Below are positions 18,756-28,975 of a DNA stretch of 43,142 nt, one piece after another (the first letter of the stretch is position 1; each line of letters opens with the position of its first letter). The notes beneath the pieces are model-generated. The model was not told where the DNA came from. It saw only the letters and a program-made list of their open reading frames with translations, and made no database searches. The stretch is taken from assembly GCA_046482545.1 (NCBI GenBank), contig JAWOEX010000011.1, forward strand, positions 1 through 43,142, given 5' to 3'. The translations under genes were made by a program, and so were the position numbers. The DNA is from Candidatus Thorarchaeota archaeon (GTDB taxonomy: Archaea > Asgardarchaeota > Thorarchaeia > Thorarchaeales > Thorarchaeaceae).

Positions 18756-20207
18756 TCATGCAAAGACGAGTGTCTTGATGATGACTGGTACGACCGCATT
18801 CTCAATGACCGGTTCTCCAATGTCTATGAAATCCCCTTCCCGAACAGAAATCTCATCTATCGACAAAATCTTGTTTTCTATGCCTGTTTCTCTCTTCATC
18901 ACATTTCCCACTGAATTCCCCACGTCGTTATCGAAAATCATGAGAATCGGTTCTCCCTTTTTGACTGTATTCTCAAGAGCTGACACAACGCCTTTGGAGA
19001 ATGTTGTAAGCATGTCATATGATGGTTTTACCGTTCCATTGAAGGCAAGAGCTACCTTTTGTTCTCCTTCAGTTATGTCAAATCGCTGTAGCGAATCGTT
19101 GATTGCGGCCGCGATTTCGTGTTGTGTTGGATAGTCCGATGGGATGTTCGGCACTACAATCGGAAGGTTCCGAAGTGGATATTCGATATTAGCGGACAGG
19201 AATGTACTGGAACCAGAGACCTCCAAGCTGCATTGTCCTGCGCCTATGACTGTCGCCCTGATAGTTTGGGTTGGCCTCGTGAATGTACCTTCAAGAGTTA
19301 AGGCTCTCTTTCGAATTGCATGTCCGAGATAGATACCCAAATCTTGGTATGTTTTGTCATGGGTCTCGTAGATGTATTCAGCAACTCCACCAGAGAATGT
19401 CACTTCGTCAATCCCGGTGGTGATAGTAAGCGGGTCGGTCATCAGAAGCTCTTGTGTAAGTGGATTTTCCAGCTTTCCGTTCAGGCAGTCAAAAAGAGCG
19501 TCGGCAAGCGCATTAGCAAGTAGTAACTTCTGATTTTCATTGAGGTGGTCAAAAAGAACAAGGTGAAGCCCAACATGCTTGCCAACTTGTGTGCCAGTAT
19601 CCTCTAGGCGAATAATGACGCCTTCAGAATCGGTCGCTACCAAACGGCTACCAACATTGATGGCTGCAGTGTCGATTACTCGACCATTGCTATACACAGC
19701 GATATTGGATGAACCGCCACCAACATCGACGTTCATCACGGTGCCTTCGATTTGTTCGCTTCTTGTGACAGCTCCTGAACCGTGTGCAGCCAAAACCGAT
19801 TCGAAGTTGGGTCCGGCTGTGGCTGCCACAAAAGCACCGGCTTCTCCGGCTATTCTTTCGACGATTTCTTCAGCGTTTTGCTTCTTCGCGGTCTCCCCAG
19901 TTATGATCACAGCCCCTGTATCGATGTCTCCGGTATCGATATCTGCTTGTTCATAATCAGCTGCAAGCATGGACGTGAGTTTGTCCAAATCCACGGTTTC
20001 GGCATCTAAGAAGGGAGTTAGGTGAATCGGACCAGAATGAATAACTTCCCGTTTTGATACTTTGAATTTCTCAGTTCTGCTGCTGGAATCTTTTTCCAAT
20101 AGTAACCTACTGAACACAAGATGCGAGGTGCTAGAGCCAATATCGATTCCCACGCTTGTTAGCCATTTCTGACTGGTTTCGACAAACACTCGGGTCACAT
20201 CCACCAT
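18756..20207 (-). CDS. eutA: EutA-like ethanolamine ammonia-lyase reactivating ATPase (ASKHA fold)
   Basis: SVGIDIGSSTSHLVFSRL, TGAVIITGETAKKQNA, FVAATAGPNFESVLAAHGSGA, NVDVGGGSSN, FSGGVAEY, IRATVIGAG, VPVIIKTLVF. Confidence 0.88.
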   Translation of the reverse strand: MVDVTRVFVETSQKWLTSVGIDIGSSTSHLVFSRLLLEKDSSSRTEKFKVSKREVIHSGPIHLTPFLDAETVDLDKLTSMLAADYEQADIDTGDIDTGAVIITGETAKKQNAEEIVERIAGEAGAFVAATAGPNFESVLAAHGSGAVTRSEQIEGTVMNVDVGGGSSNIAVYSNGRVIDTAAINVGSRLVATDSEGVIIRLEDTGTQVGKHVGLHLVLFDHLNENQKLLLANALADALFDCLNGKLENPLTQELLMTDPLTITTGIDEVTFSGGVAEYIYETHDKTYQDLGIYLGHAIRKRALTLEGTFTRPTQTIRATVIGAGQCSLEVSGSSTFLSANIEYPLRNLPIVVPNIPSDYPTQHEIAAAINDSLQRFDITEGEQKVALAFNGTVKPSYDMLTTFSKGVVSALENTVKKGEPILMIFDNDVGNSVGNVMKRETGIENKILSIDEISVREGDFIDIGEPVIENAVVPVIIKTLVFA

Positions 20208-20300
20208 TGCTTCGCCGAACTTATGCGCTTAGGCTTTGAGCTTTTTGGCATAGCAGTGATTTCATTAATGACCGATTACCAATAATAACCGGGATTAGGA

Positions 20301-20807
20301 ATGGATACACTGGAAGCTATACGTCATAGAAGAAGCATCCGTAGCTACAAATCAGATGAGGTTGAGGAAGAGAAAATTAAGAAGGTGCTTGAAGCAGGGC
20401 GCTGGGCCCCATCGGCATCTAATAAGCAGCCTTGGCACTTCATCGTCGTAAAGGATGAGAACACTCGGAAGAAACTGGCCGATGTTCATAACTACGGTGG
20501 ATTTATGGCTGAGTCCCCAGTTGTTATCGTTGCACTCGGAGATCCTGATAGGCATCCAAGGTACCATTTATGCGACCCCCATAACGCGGTGATGAACATG
20601 TTGCTGGCTGCTTATGACCAGGGCCTCGGAACGTGCTGGATGGGTGTGAGAGATACACCTTACGAAGACAAGTTCAAGGACATTCTGGATATTCCAGATG
20701 GTCTTCGTGTTGTATGTTCAGTCTCTATGGGCTATCCTGATGAGGAGAAAACCAGCAGAAGACGTTCTCTAGATGACATAGTATCATGGGACAAGTACGG
20801 AAACTAG
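20301..20807 (+). CDS. Nitroreductase family protein
   Basis: RRSIRSY, WAPSASNKQPWHF, GLGTCWMG, GYP. Confidence 0.92.
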   Translation: MDTLEAIRHRRSIRSYKSDEVEEEKIKKVLEAGRWAPSASNKQPWHFIVVKDENTRKKLADVHNYGGFMAESPVVIVALGDPDRHPRYHLCDPHNAVMNMLLAAYDQGLGTCWMGVRDTPYEDKFKDILDIPDGLRVVCSVSMGYPDEEKTSRRRSLDDIVSWDKYGN

Positions 20808-20824
20808 ATCTGTTAAAAGTCAAT

Positions 20825-20852
20825 AGCCCGGTTATAGCCGGGCTCTCTTTTC
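20825..20852 (+). terminator. Hairpin plus pyrimidine tract between convergent genes
   Basis: AGCCCGG-ttatag-CCGGGCT followed by CTCTTTTT. Confidence 0.55.
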
Positions 20853-20856
20853 CCTC

Positions 20857-21351
20857 TCACGTCGAAATGATGACTTCGTCAGCCAGTTTTCCGGATAGAT
20901 ACTCAATATCAATTCTACCGATTGTAACATTACTAATGGATTCAGGGGAAAGTTGCTCTGACATCACCTTTTCTGGCTTATCGTCTAGGTGACGAATCAT
21001 CACCTTCAGGGCTTCTTCTTTTTCAACTACATTTTCAAGAAACTGTACTCTTCCTCGAAATTGTGCAGTGGCGTACAGATGGTCGCATGCCCCTTGGACA
21101 TATCCTTTGTCAATCAGCGCTTGCCCCCAAACTAATGGATTTTCTTGAAGATAGTCTATTTTCTTTCCTTCTGAAGCACAGTGGAAGTAAATGCAGTTGT
21201 TGCTCTGATCATAACCATGACTGAGTGTGACCAGGTAAGGTGTGTTGTCTTTGCACATGGCTATCGTTACATAATTGGCTTTGAGGAGTATTTCCTGTAT
21301 TCTCTGTTTATCCTCTATTCGCTTATCGTCTCGTCTCATTTTCCTCGTCAT
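20857..21351 (-). CDS. Pyridoxamine 5'-phosphate oxidase-like / NimA flavin-binding protein
   Basis: MRRDDKRI, PYLVTLSHGY, IYFHCASEGKK, IEYLSGK. Confidence 0.88.
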   Translation of the reverse strand: MTRKMRRDDKRIEDKQRIQEILLKANYVTIAMCKDNTPYLVTLSHGYDQSNNCIYFHCASEGKKIDYLQENPLVWGQALIDKGYVQGACDHLYATAQFRGRVQFLENVVEKEEALKVMIRHLDDKPEKVMSEQLSPESISNVTIGRIDIEYLSGKLADEVIIST

Positions 21352-21552
21352 TCAGTGCATCTCCTCTTGGAGGAGCATAACATTCACTTTTAGAATCTCA
21401 CCTCAAACTGTTGATAACATTATCTAAAGCATGGTTGAGAATAGAATTTCGATTTAATCCCCCTTTTTCTGCGCATTTGTTGACAGAAGATAAGACTAAA
21501 ATTGCCCTTGTCATCTTTCAAATCTGTGTTTGCAGCAGCATGATGGTGGTTT

Positions 21553-23739
21553 ATGTTGGCGATAAAACGATTCGAATATGACATTCCTGAAATTGAGAAG
21601 GGCTACTCTAATCAGACGCTCTATATCAACTTGGATGACAACACGATTGAAACAAGGCCTGTAGACGAGAAGATGAAGGAGACCTTCACAGGTGGCAAAG
21701 GTTTCGATTTGTGGCTCATGTGGAATAGTCTCCCTGATGACCGTGTGGTGAAATGGGATGACCCAGAGAACGATCTCTGTATAGCATGTGGTCCCCTTGG
21801 AGGTGTTCCAATCTATCCCGGGGCCGGTAAATCAATAGTAACCGCGATTAGTCCGGAGACGGGGATTCCCATCGATAGCAACGTTGGTGGATATTTCGGT
21901 CCGTATCTAAAATTTGCAGGATTCGACGCGATGGAGATACAAGGCAAAGCGGAGAGTGATGTCTACATATTCATTGATGGCGATCAGGGCATCATCGAGA
22001 TACGTGATGCAGAGGGCTTACCCAATTTGGCCCATGAAATTACTGCCATTCTTACAGAGAGACATAGTGAAGATGAAGGTCGCGACATCTCTGTCGTTGC
22101 AACCGGGCCTGCTGCAGAACATGCCTACATGGGATGCCTAAACTTCTCTTGGTACGATCGACGGAGAGACGAAACAAGGTACAAGCAAGCTGGCCGTGGT
22201 GGAACTGGTACAGTATTTAGAGATAAGAGAATCAGAGCCATTGCAGCCAAGAAACAAAGAGTCTCACTGAGATCCAATAATCCTCATGATTTGGATGAGC
22301 TTAGAGAGGTTGGAAGGGAGCACACAAAAGAAATCATTGAACAAGATCCAAAGCAGAACAGGATGCGGACAGTTGGTACGGGTCATCTTCCCGAAATCAT
22401 GAACGAATTCGACCTTCTTCCTACTCGTAATTTCAGGACGGGAAGTGATCCAGAAGCACATGTGTACGATGATGAGGAGTGGGAGAAGAAATTCACCAAC
22501 ACCGGGAAGGGCTGGGATGGATGTTGGACAGCCTGTGCCATCAATTGCTCTCATTGCATTGAAGACTTCACTCTGAAGACTGGTCCCTACGCAGGTGAGA
22601 AGGCTCTGGTTGATGGACCCGAGTACGAAACCATAGCTGGCTGTGGGTCGAATATTGGTGTCTTTGATACTGACTGGGTTGCGGAGCTTAACTTCTACTG
22701 CGACACGTACGGCATTGACACAATAAGTTTCGGTACCTGCATGGCATTTGTCATGGAGCTATTCGAGGAAGGCCATATAGATGAACAAGCAACCGGTGGT
22801 CACACACTGAATTGGGGCGCAGCCGAAGAAGCTCTTGCAGTTCTGCATGAAATGGCAGAAGGTGAGGGATTCGGAGGCAGGCATTTCGGAAAAGGCATAG
22901 CATACCTCAAGGAGTACTTTGCAGATGAATTCGGTGTGGATGAGCGGTTCATGCATGACATCGGTATGGAACACAAGGGCCTCGAATTCAGCGAGTATGT
23001 TACAAAAGAAAGCTTGGCCCAGCAGGGGGGTTACGGACTTACACTGAAAGGACCCCAGCATGACGAAGCTTGGTTGATATTCCTAGACATGGTTCACAAC
23101 TATCTGCCGACATTCGAAGATAAAGCAGAAGCACTACATTGGTTCCCCATGTGGAGAACTTGGTTCAGCCTTAACGGCCTGTGTAAGTTGCCCTGGAATG
23201 ATGTCGTTCCTCCTGACAACGACGAGACTGATGAACCGGCAAAGGTTCCCAAGCATCTGGAAATGTATGCGACCTTCTTCTATTCTGTTACTGGAAAAGA
23301 AATCACTCCGGATGGTCTCATCAAGCAATCTGAGAGGGTATACAATTTCCAGAGACTGTTCAACATAAGACAAGGAAAAGGACTCAGGCTTCATGATTCT
23401 CATATGCCCTATAGAAGTATGGGTCCAGTTACGGATTGGGAATATGAGAGTCGCGAAGAGAGATATGATGAACAACTTGAGGAGCTCGGATACGACATCG
23501 CTGAGATGACAACTACTGAGAAAAAGGACAAGCTTCGGCAGCACAGAGAAGAAGATTACCGGCTGTTGACCGATGCAGTCTACAAGAGACGCGGCTGGAC
23601 AAGGAACGGCGTTCCCACCGTAGAGAAGCTCAAGAGTCTCGGTGTTGACTACCCATCTGTCCTAGATCTTGCGAAGGAGTATGGGACTACAGAGCCACCG
23701 GAAGACACTTTGCCAAGCAGCGACAAAGCTTGGAAATGA
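21553..23739 (+). CDS. Aldehyde:ferredoxin oxidoreductase family (tungstopterin/[4Fe-4S])
   Basis: FTGGKG, DSNVGG, LKFAGFDA, QAGRGGTGTV, CWTACAINC, GPEYET, CDTYGIDTIS, LCK, Y..RGW..NGVPT. Confidence 0.93.
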   Translation: MLAIKRFEYDIPEIEKGYSNQTLYINLDDNTIETRPVDEKMKETFTGGKGFDLWLMWNSLPDDRVVKWDDPENDLCIACGPLGGVPIYPGAGKSIVTAISPETGIPIDSNVGGYFGPYLKFAGFDAMEIQGKAESDVYIFIDGDQGIIEIRDAEGLPNLAHEITAILTERHSEDEGRDISVVATGPAAEHAYMGCLNFSWYDRRRDETRYKQAGRGGTGTVFRDKRIRAIAAKKQRVSLRSNNPHDLDELREVGREHTKEIIEQDPKQNRMRTVGTGHLPEIMNEFDLLPTRNFRTGSDPEAHVYDDEEWEKKFTNTGKGWDGCWTACAINCSHCIEDFTLKTGPYAGEKALVDGPEYETIAGCGSNIGVFDTDWVAELNFYCDTYGIDTISFGTCMAFVMELFEEGHIDEQATGGHTLNWGAAEEALAVLHEMAEGEGFGGRHFGKGIAYLKEYFADEFGVDERFMHDIGMEHKGLEFSEYVTKESLAQQGGYGLTLKGPQHDEAWLIFLDMVHNYLPTFEDKAEALHWFPMWRTWFSLNGLCKLPWNDVVPPDNDETDEPAKVPKHLEMYATFFYSVTGKEITPDGLIKQSERVYNFQRLFNIRQGKGLRLHDSHMPYRSMGPVTDWEYESREERYDEQLEELGYDIAEMTTTEKKDKLRQHREEDYRLLTDAVYKRRGWTRNGVPTVEKLKSLGVDYPSVLDLAKEYGTTEPPEDTLPSSDKAWK

Positions 23740-23754
23740 ATGAAACTAAACTAT

Positions 23755-23797
23755 GGGAGCTGTTCAGAACAGTCCAGCTCCCTATCTTGTTTTCTTT
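23755..23797 (+). terminator. Hairpin plus T-rich tract after the AOR gene
   Basis: GGGAGCTG (23755-62) / CAGCTCCC (23775-82) followed by TATCTTGTTTTCTTT, between convergent genes. Confidence 0.55.
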
Positions 23798-23803
23798 AGT
23801 GGA

Positions 23804-24265
23804 CTAGTCTTTTTCTGCAGCTACGAAAAAGCCTCTGAGTTCTTCTGGCATCACATTCTTGATATCTTCGAACTCACCCGTTCCGGTTTTTTCTCGATAT
23901 ACCTTCAAGACAGCAATTATTGGGTCTCTCGGATTCAAAGGATCCCTGCCGAAATTATCTCTGACCAATTCATAGAATTCTTCTCGCTCTCGAATCTTCA
24001 GTGGCTTTCCTCCAGTATCGTACGAATCGTAGTATATGCCCTTGAGAAGCATGGGTAACTGCGCTGCAAATTCAACGGCTTCTCCTATTGGCAAGCGATC
24101 TCTGAGAGCATTGAGAACCGCTTTTGTAGCCGAGTACACCCTTTCTTCATCGGGCCAACCGAGCTCTTCTCCTATTTCTTTTAACCATTCCATACTAAGC
24201 TGAATAGACCTGTCAAGAGAACTAATACTGGTGCTCATTTTCTTTTCTATAGTTAATGAACTCAT
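23804..24265 (-). CDS. DUF2267 family protein
   Basis: WLKEIGEELGW, AVLNALRDRLP, FAAQLPMLLKGIYY; start may be at 24238. Confidence 0.85.
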   Translation of the reverse strand: MSSLTIEKKMSTSISSLDRSIQLSMEWLKEIGEELGWPDEERVYSATKAVLNALRDRLPIGEAVEFAAQLPMLLKGIYYDSYDTGGKPLKIREREEFYELVRDNFGRDPLNPRDPIIAVLKVYREKTGTGEFEDIKNVMPEELRGFFVAAEKD

Positions 24266-24318
24266 GGATTCTTATTATATTTGGGTTCTCTGATTGCTCG
24301 AATCCCTAACACATGCAC

Positions 24319-26694
24319 TTAGAGCCTATTCGGAGATTCAAACGGTCCTATTTCATCATCCTCCCGAAGAGGCTTCTCTCCCTTCTCCTTCTTGTTGGAA
24401 CGATAATCAGCCACTTCCCTTCTTACGATGAAAACCACAATACTGACTGCTGCAACCACTGTAAACAGTCTAAATATCGATGCCGCATCCCGCAGAAATG
24501 TATACGGACCAGGTGAGAACCCTTCAGGATACATATCAATTGACCCTGCTGAACCAGGAATTTGATAGTAGCCTTCTCCGTCGTAGTCTCCCCACAAATT
24601 TCCAATCCCTTCAGGGCTGTACCAATAATTTTCTGTACCGTTATCTTCGGCATTTTGGCCATTGAATCGAATAGCGTTGTCAAAAATCTCATTGTTGCTC
24701 GATCCTGGCCAAATCTGTATTCCAATTCGATTATTGTTCTCTATGATATTTCCTTCCAAGGTGCAGGAAGTACAGTCATAGAGGTTGAACCCATTGAGAT
24801 AATTGTTAGATGCAGTGTTGTTACTAAACAAAGACCATATGGTTGATGATAGCCCAAATCCATGTCCCGAATTATTGACTGATGTAATATTCCTGGCCTC
24901 AAAGGAAGTCGAAGTTACAAATTGGACTCCGTTGCGTCCATTACCAGATGCGAGGTTATGAGATAAGGAGCACTTGGTTGATGAGGATACGTCAAATCCA
25001 GCATACGAATTTCCTCTTGCCTTGCTGTTTGTAAAGTTACTTCCTACGCTGTTGCGAATATAATATCCTGACCACCCATTTTCATCTGCTAGACCATTTC
25101 TGAATTGGGTTCCTGTATTATCCCGTAGGTAGTATCCTTGGTAATGATTGGAATAGGATTCAGTACCATAGAAGGTACAATTATTCGAATGCTCAACGAA
25201 GAAACCGTGGTGTGAATTGTTGTATGCCTTTGTCTGCACAATGTTACATAAAGAAGAGAAGCTGATGGTGCAACCGTGAGAAGTGTTTCTGAATTTGCCG
25301 TTCGTAACGGTGATGCGAGTGCAATTTGCTAATATGAGCTGGCCATATGGTTCTGCATCAATTGTGGTGTTCTCAGTACTTGCTATGTATCCGAGTTGCT
25401 TGCCGTTTACTGTGTTGTTGTTGATTTGATGCAAACTCTCAGAAAGCTCGTTTGCTGTTATTCTCAAACCAGCTCCAAGTATGGCATTGTTGGATGCTTC
25501 CGCCAGCTGTGATCTATACAGGCCAATTCCATTAACAACGAAATGGCTTCCGATTACAGAGCAATGTGTAGACCTATCGATGTATACTCCGCCCCGCAAG
25601 TTGCTCTCCAAATAGCTATGGTCAAGAATACAATTGACTGAATCGTAAAAATAAATGCCGGTGTATTCATTCAATACAAGAGAGCTATTAACCACCCTGC
25701 AATTGTCGCAGAACTCAATCATCATCCCCTCGCCCTGATTCTCGGACGCTTGCGTATTGTTGACCAGACAGTCGCTTGATCCGAGCATAGATAAGCCGTT
25801 TCCTCGGTTGCTCGTGAGTGTCGATTCGGATAGTGTAAATCCGGAGGACTCTATTACAGAGAATCCTGCGTATGTGTTGGAACTTGCTTTGCAGTTTGTG
25901 AAGGTAAGATTGTGACACTGTGAAAGCACAAGGCCTTGTTTCCAGTTACTCGAAACTGTTTCATTGTCAAAAGTAGAGTTGGAGAATTCGTGGAGAATGT
26001 ACCCTGCTTCTCCATTGCGATACGCTGCATTTCCTGAAAATATGAATCCATTAGATGCAGTAACCGAGATCCCATCATATTTGTTCTTGGATACATCGTT
26101 GCCAAGAAGCGTACACTCACTCGAATTCTCGAAACGCATACCCACTTGATTCGCACTGGTTACTCCGTTTTCGGCTATGTAACAGGATATGCAGTTGCTG
26201 AGGTAGATTCCCGATTGATTTGTTAGACGAACTGTATTTGCCTCAATGGTGCAACTTGCAGAATTCTGAACCTCAACTCCTCTGTTCTTTAAGCTTACTG
26301 TGCAATCGTTGATTGTCCCATGAGATACATTCTGTAGGTGTACTCCGTAACCAGCTTTCTCTTCTATTCCAGACAAATAACAGGAGTTGATAATGAAGTA
26401 AACATTCGCATCCCTTATTCTGATACAATCACCGTTCACAGTTATGTTGAGGTTCTCGATACGATACGGATTCATTTCATTTCCTTCGCCAGGCCAACCC
26501 TGGTCCTCAAAACCTGATGATGAGTTTATGGTTATTGGTTCATGTTGAGAATATGCTGGACTATGATTCTTCGTCTCTGATTCGTTGGATTCTATCCTTA
26601 ATCCAGTTGGGACTGCTGTCAACACCCCCAACAGAGCTACAGGTAAGACAATCAATGCAATTACTGTCATTGTTTGCCACCTAACTAACTGCAT
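24319..26694 (-). CDS. Cell-surface right-handed parallel beta-helix (NosD/CASH-like) protein with a signal peptide and a C-terminal TM anchor
   Basis: N-terminal signal, GWPGEG..NPYRIENL, many NxxxG PbH1-type repeats and N-x-S/T sequons, GNLWGDY...YYQIPG...DMYP, C-terminal TM. Confidence 0.9.
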   Translation of the reverse strand: MQLVRWQTMTVIALIVLPVALLGVLTAVPTGLRIESNESETKNHSPAYSQHEPITINSSSGFEDQGWPGEGNEMNPYRIENLNITVNGDCIRIRDANVYFIINSCYLSGIEEKAGYGVHLQNVSHGTINDCTVSLKNRGVEVQNSASCTIEANTVRLTNQSGIYLSNCISCYIAENGVTSANQVGMRFENSSECTLLGNDVSKNKYDGISVTASNGFIFSGNAAYRNGEAGYILHEFSNSTFDNETVSSNWKQGLVLSQCHNLTFTNCKASSNTYAGFSVIESSGFTLSESTLTSNRGNGLSMLGSSDCLVNNTQASENQGEGMMIEFCDNCRVVNSSLVLNEYTGIYFYDSVNCILDHSYLESNLRGGVYIDRSTHCSVIGSHFVVNGIGLYRSQLAEASNNAILGAGLRITANELSESLHQINNNTVNGKQLGYIASTENTTIDAEPYGQLILANCTRITVTNGKFRNTSHGCTISFSSLCNIVQTKAYNNSHHGFFVEHSNNCTFYGTESYSNHYQGYYLRDNTGTQFRNGLADENGWSGYYIRNSVGSNFTNSKARGNSYAGFDVSSSTKCSLSHNLASGNGRNGVQFVTSTSFEARNITSVNNSGHGFGLSSTIWSLFSNNTASNNYLNGFNLYDCTSCTLEGNIIENNNRIGIQIWPGSSNNEIFDNAIRFNGQNAEDNGTENYWYSPEGIGNLWGDYDGEGYYQIPGSAGSIDMYPEGFSPGPYTFLRDAASIFRLFTVVAAVSIVVFIVRREVADYRSNKKEKGEKPLREDDEIGPFESPNRL

Positions 26695-26794
26695 ATAGCC
26701 AGCCTCCAGCCTTCCAAGGGGGAAATCTCACTTAAACATGTCACTGAATGGCCTGAAAAACCAGTTTTGCGGCAATCAAAAAGGAATGGTGTAG

Positions 26795-27230
26795 TCACCA
26801 AGGTTCTTCCTCGCGCTCAAAAACGAACAGCCTTCCAAAAATAAGTGCAAGAATTGAGACTATCGGTAACGGAACATATAGGGTAAATGTAGATTCCTAA
26901 GGTTCTGAGCCTGTTGGGGTCAGTGATCCCCATACAACCTGAACTACCGCAATAGCAGTAGCAATTAGAACTCTAAACAGAAAGCTGCTCCAGTTGTCTA
27001 ATTCTCCCCTTGCTAACCTCTTGAATTCATATCCTACATACATATGGCAGCCAGAGATAGAATGCAATCAATGCAAAGAAAGTAGGTCCACCGACCATAA
27101 AACCCCTCTCCATGTCAAAGGCCCAAAGTGGGGCCATGAGACTACCCTCAGACTTAGGTCCACTCTTTTGTACAATGAACATGAATGGACACAAGAAGGA
27201 GAGCGCCAACATGCTATTCTGAGTAACCAT
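26795..27230 (-). pseudogene. Frameshifted/nonsense-disrupted 4-TM membrane protein gene
   Basis: GGAGG upstream of ATG 27230; MVTQNSMLALSFLCPFM...WLPY; after a frameshift near 27040 it continues VGYEFKRLARGE...GSEP*ESTFTLYVPLPIVSILALIFGRLFVFEREEEPW*. Confidence 0.7.
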
Positions 27231-27370
27231 CTGTCGAAAACCTCCTTCCACGAAAATCACGAACAAATTTGGTACAAAAGGACCAATATAAATTCTGGCG
27301 AGTCTCCGCTTCTCTTGGCACCAAGAACTTATTAGATTCTAGAACACAAAACAATGTGAATGAGGTTACC

Positions 27371-27601
27371 ATGATTGGCATCATAATCGTTGCATTTTTC
27401 ATTGGTCTAGTGGTATTTTCCTTATTCTATACGCTACGGGGATCAACTTCTTCCGCCAAGGAGGGCAGGAGAGAGATTGGTACAGATACCTCTTCCGAGC
27501 GCCTTCGCTATTCCAAGGCGGATGATAATGCATTCTACGACGGGGCTTCGGAAGACTATGTAGATGCATTAACCAAATTGAGGCGCCGTCTAGGTCCTTA
27601 G
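27371..27601 (+). CDS. Small single-pass membrane protein
   Basis: GAGGT SD before ATG 27371; N-terminal TM followed by a charged tail (76 aa). Confidence 0.6.
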   Translation: MIGIIIVAFFIGLVVFSLFYTLRGSTSSAKEGRREIGTDTSSERLRYSKADDNAFYDGASEDYVDALTKLRRRLGP

Positions 27602-27842
27602 GGCTTTTGCGAAAGGAATTCGAATGTCATAGTCATACTGAAGATTCCAATTCTTACAATCTCGAAAACAACAACATAACAAAAGGAATTCTTGTTATAG
27701 CGAAGCACAATGCTCTTATTTGGTAATTCTAGGAAACGAAACGAATCATGTGTGAACAATTCGGATACTGTACCCAACCTTCTTCATGAGCTTCTCAATC
27801 ATGTACAGTATCTCAAGAAAACTGAAGACTCTGAATCGTGAT

Positions 27843-28031
27843 CTACATATCAGCTTCCTGAAGTCTAGGATTCAAGACGAGGCTACCTTCCTGAATTCCA
27901 ACAATCCACAAGGGTGCGTACAGCAACCAAAAGAAGAGAGATTCACTTGCCGACATACCCACCATGAACGGACACACGAAAGACAGAATCAACATGTTAT
28001 TCGAAGCAATGCTTTCTTGTGGGTATTCCAT
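27843..28031 (-). pseudogene. Truncated paralog of the 26795-27230 membrane protein (N-terminal half only)
   Basis: NNMLILSFVCPFM...YAPLW compared with NSMLALSFLCPFM...MAPLW; similarity is lost after about 50 aa. Confidence 0.6.
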
Positions 28032-28788
28032 TGACGATTTTCTCCTAAGGCAGTTATTCCAAGAGAAAGATAAGAATTACGAGAGATAGGAGTTTGTGGA
28101 GCTTTGCGGATGTTCTTGGTTTCAAATCCAAGACATGCCGGAGCATTGATGATGTTCACAGAACAGTATCTTGATACGACCTGTTTGTTGCGGGTGGGTG
28201 AACTCAACCTGTGCTTGAAGATTCTGCGTTACATCCAAAGGGGGGAAAAAACGAACTGTCTTGGATGTTTTTCTCCTTGCATATGAGATTGTACACTTCA
28301 ATATCGTGATTCTGTAAGATTTCTATCCTTCTAGAATTAACGTGAAGTAAAATGTTGATGTCTTCCTTGCTTCTAGCTAGGGTAGACGAGCATTTCGGGC
28401 TTGAAATAGGCTCTTCATTGTATGTACCGCGAATATCTGGTTTAGAACTCCTTCTCCTCTATCGTACTCCTCCTGCAGCTTCTGTTACCCACATGTAGCT
28501 CTTTCCATTCTGTCCATTTGTTTAGATTTCTTCATTTTTTTCTTCCGGTTTCTCCATTCCCTTCCCCTCCAAAAAATGCTCTTCCTTCACTCAGTATCAT
28601 TCGATTATTCGAAAGGTTTTTCTCCAAGGCTGTATTTTCACTAATATACATCTTATCTTTTGACTGTTTTTCTATGTACTCTATATGTCATATCTTATAC
28701 CAAACGGAGGCATAACATACAGATATACATTATATAAATGCAGAAGCGATTCAATATATCTACGTTCTAAGAATCTATTGAAAAGATG

Positions 28789-28975
28789 AAACCCTACTTT
28801 CCTGTAGGTTTTGCTTTGGCAGTACACATTCGGTTCATATACTTAGAAAGTGTAGTATAGTGTTGATGCACCAAAAGGCAGACGAAATACCCCCGGGTAT
28901 TTGCATGAAAAGGTAGGGATACACACTTTTTGAGTATAGCTAACGGTGGTTGTTACGTTTGTAAGCAGCAACCGT
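28789..28975 (+). other. Cluster of nested inverted repeats in an AT-rich intergenic region (candidate structured RNA or operator array)
   Basis: AAATACCC-cc-GGGTATTT 28885-28902; CCCTAC 28792-97 complementary to both 28804-08 and 28913-18; TGCTTTGG/CCAAAAGGCA; hairpin 28943-28975; TTATATAAA at 28730-38 upstream. Confidence 0.3.

Noticed and set aside
28789-28820. Minus-strand GCAAA-stem-GAAA resembling part of a c-di-GMP-I riboswitch
   Set aside because: The downstream conserved elements are missing; kept only as part of an unclassified structured region.
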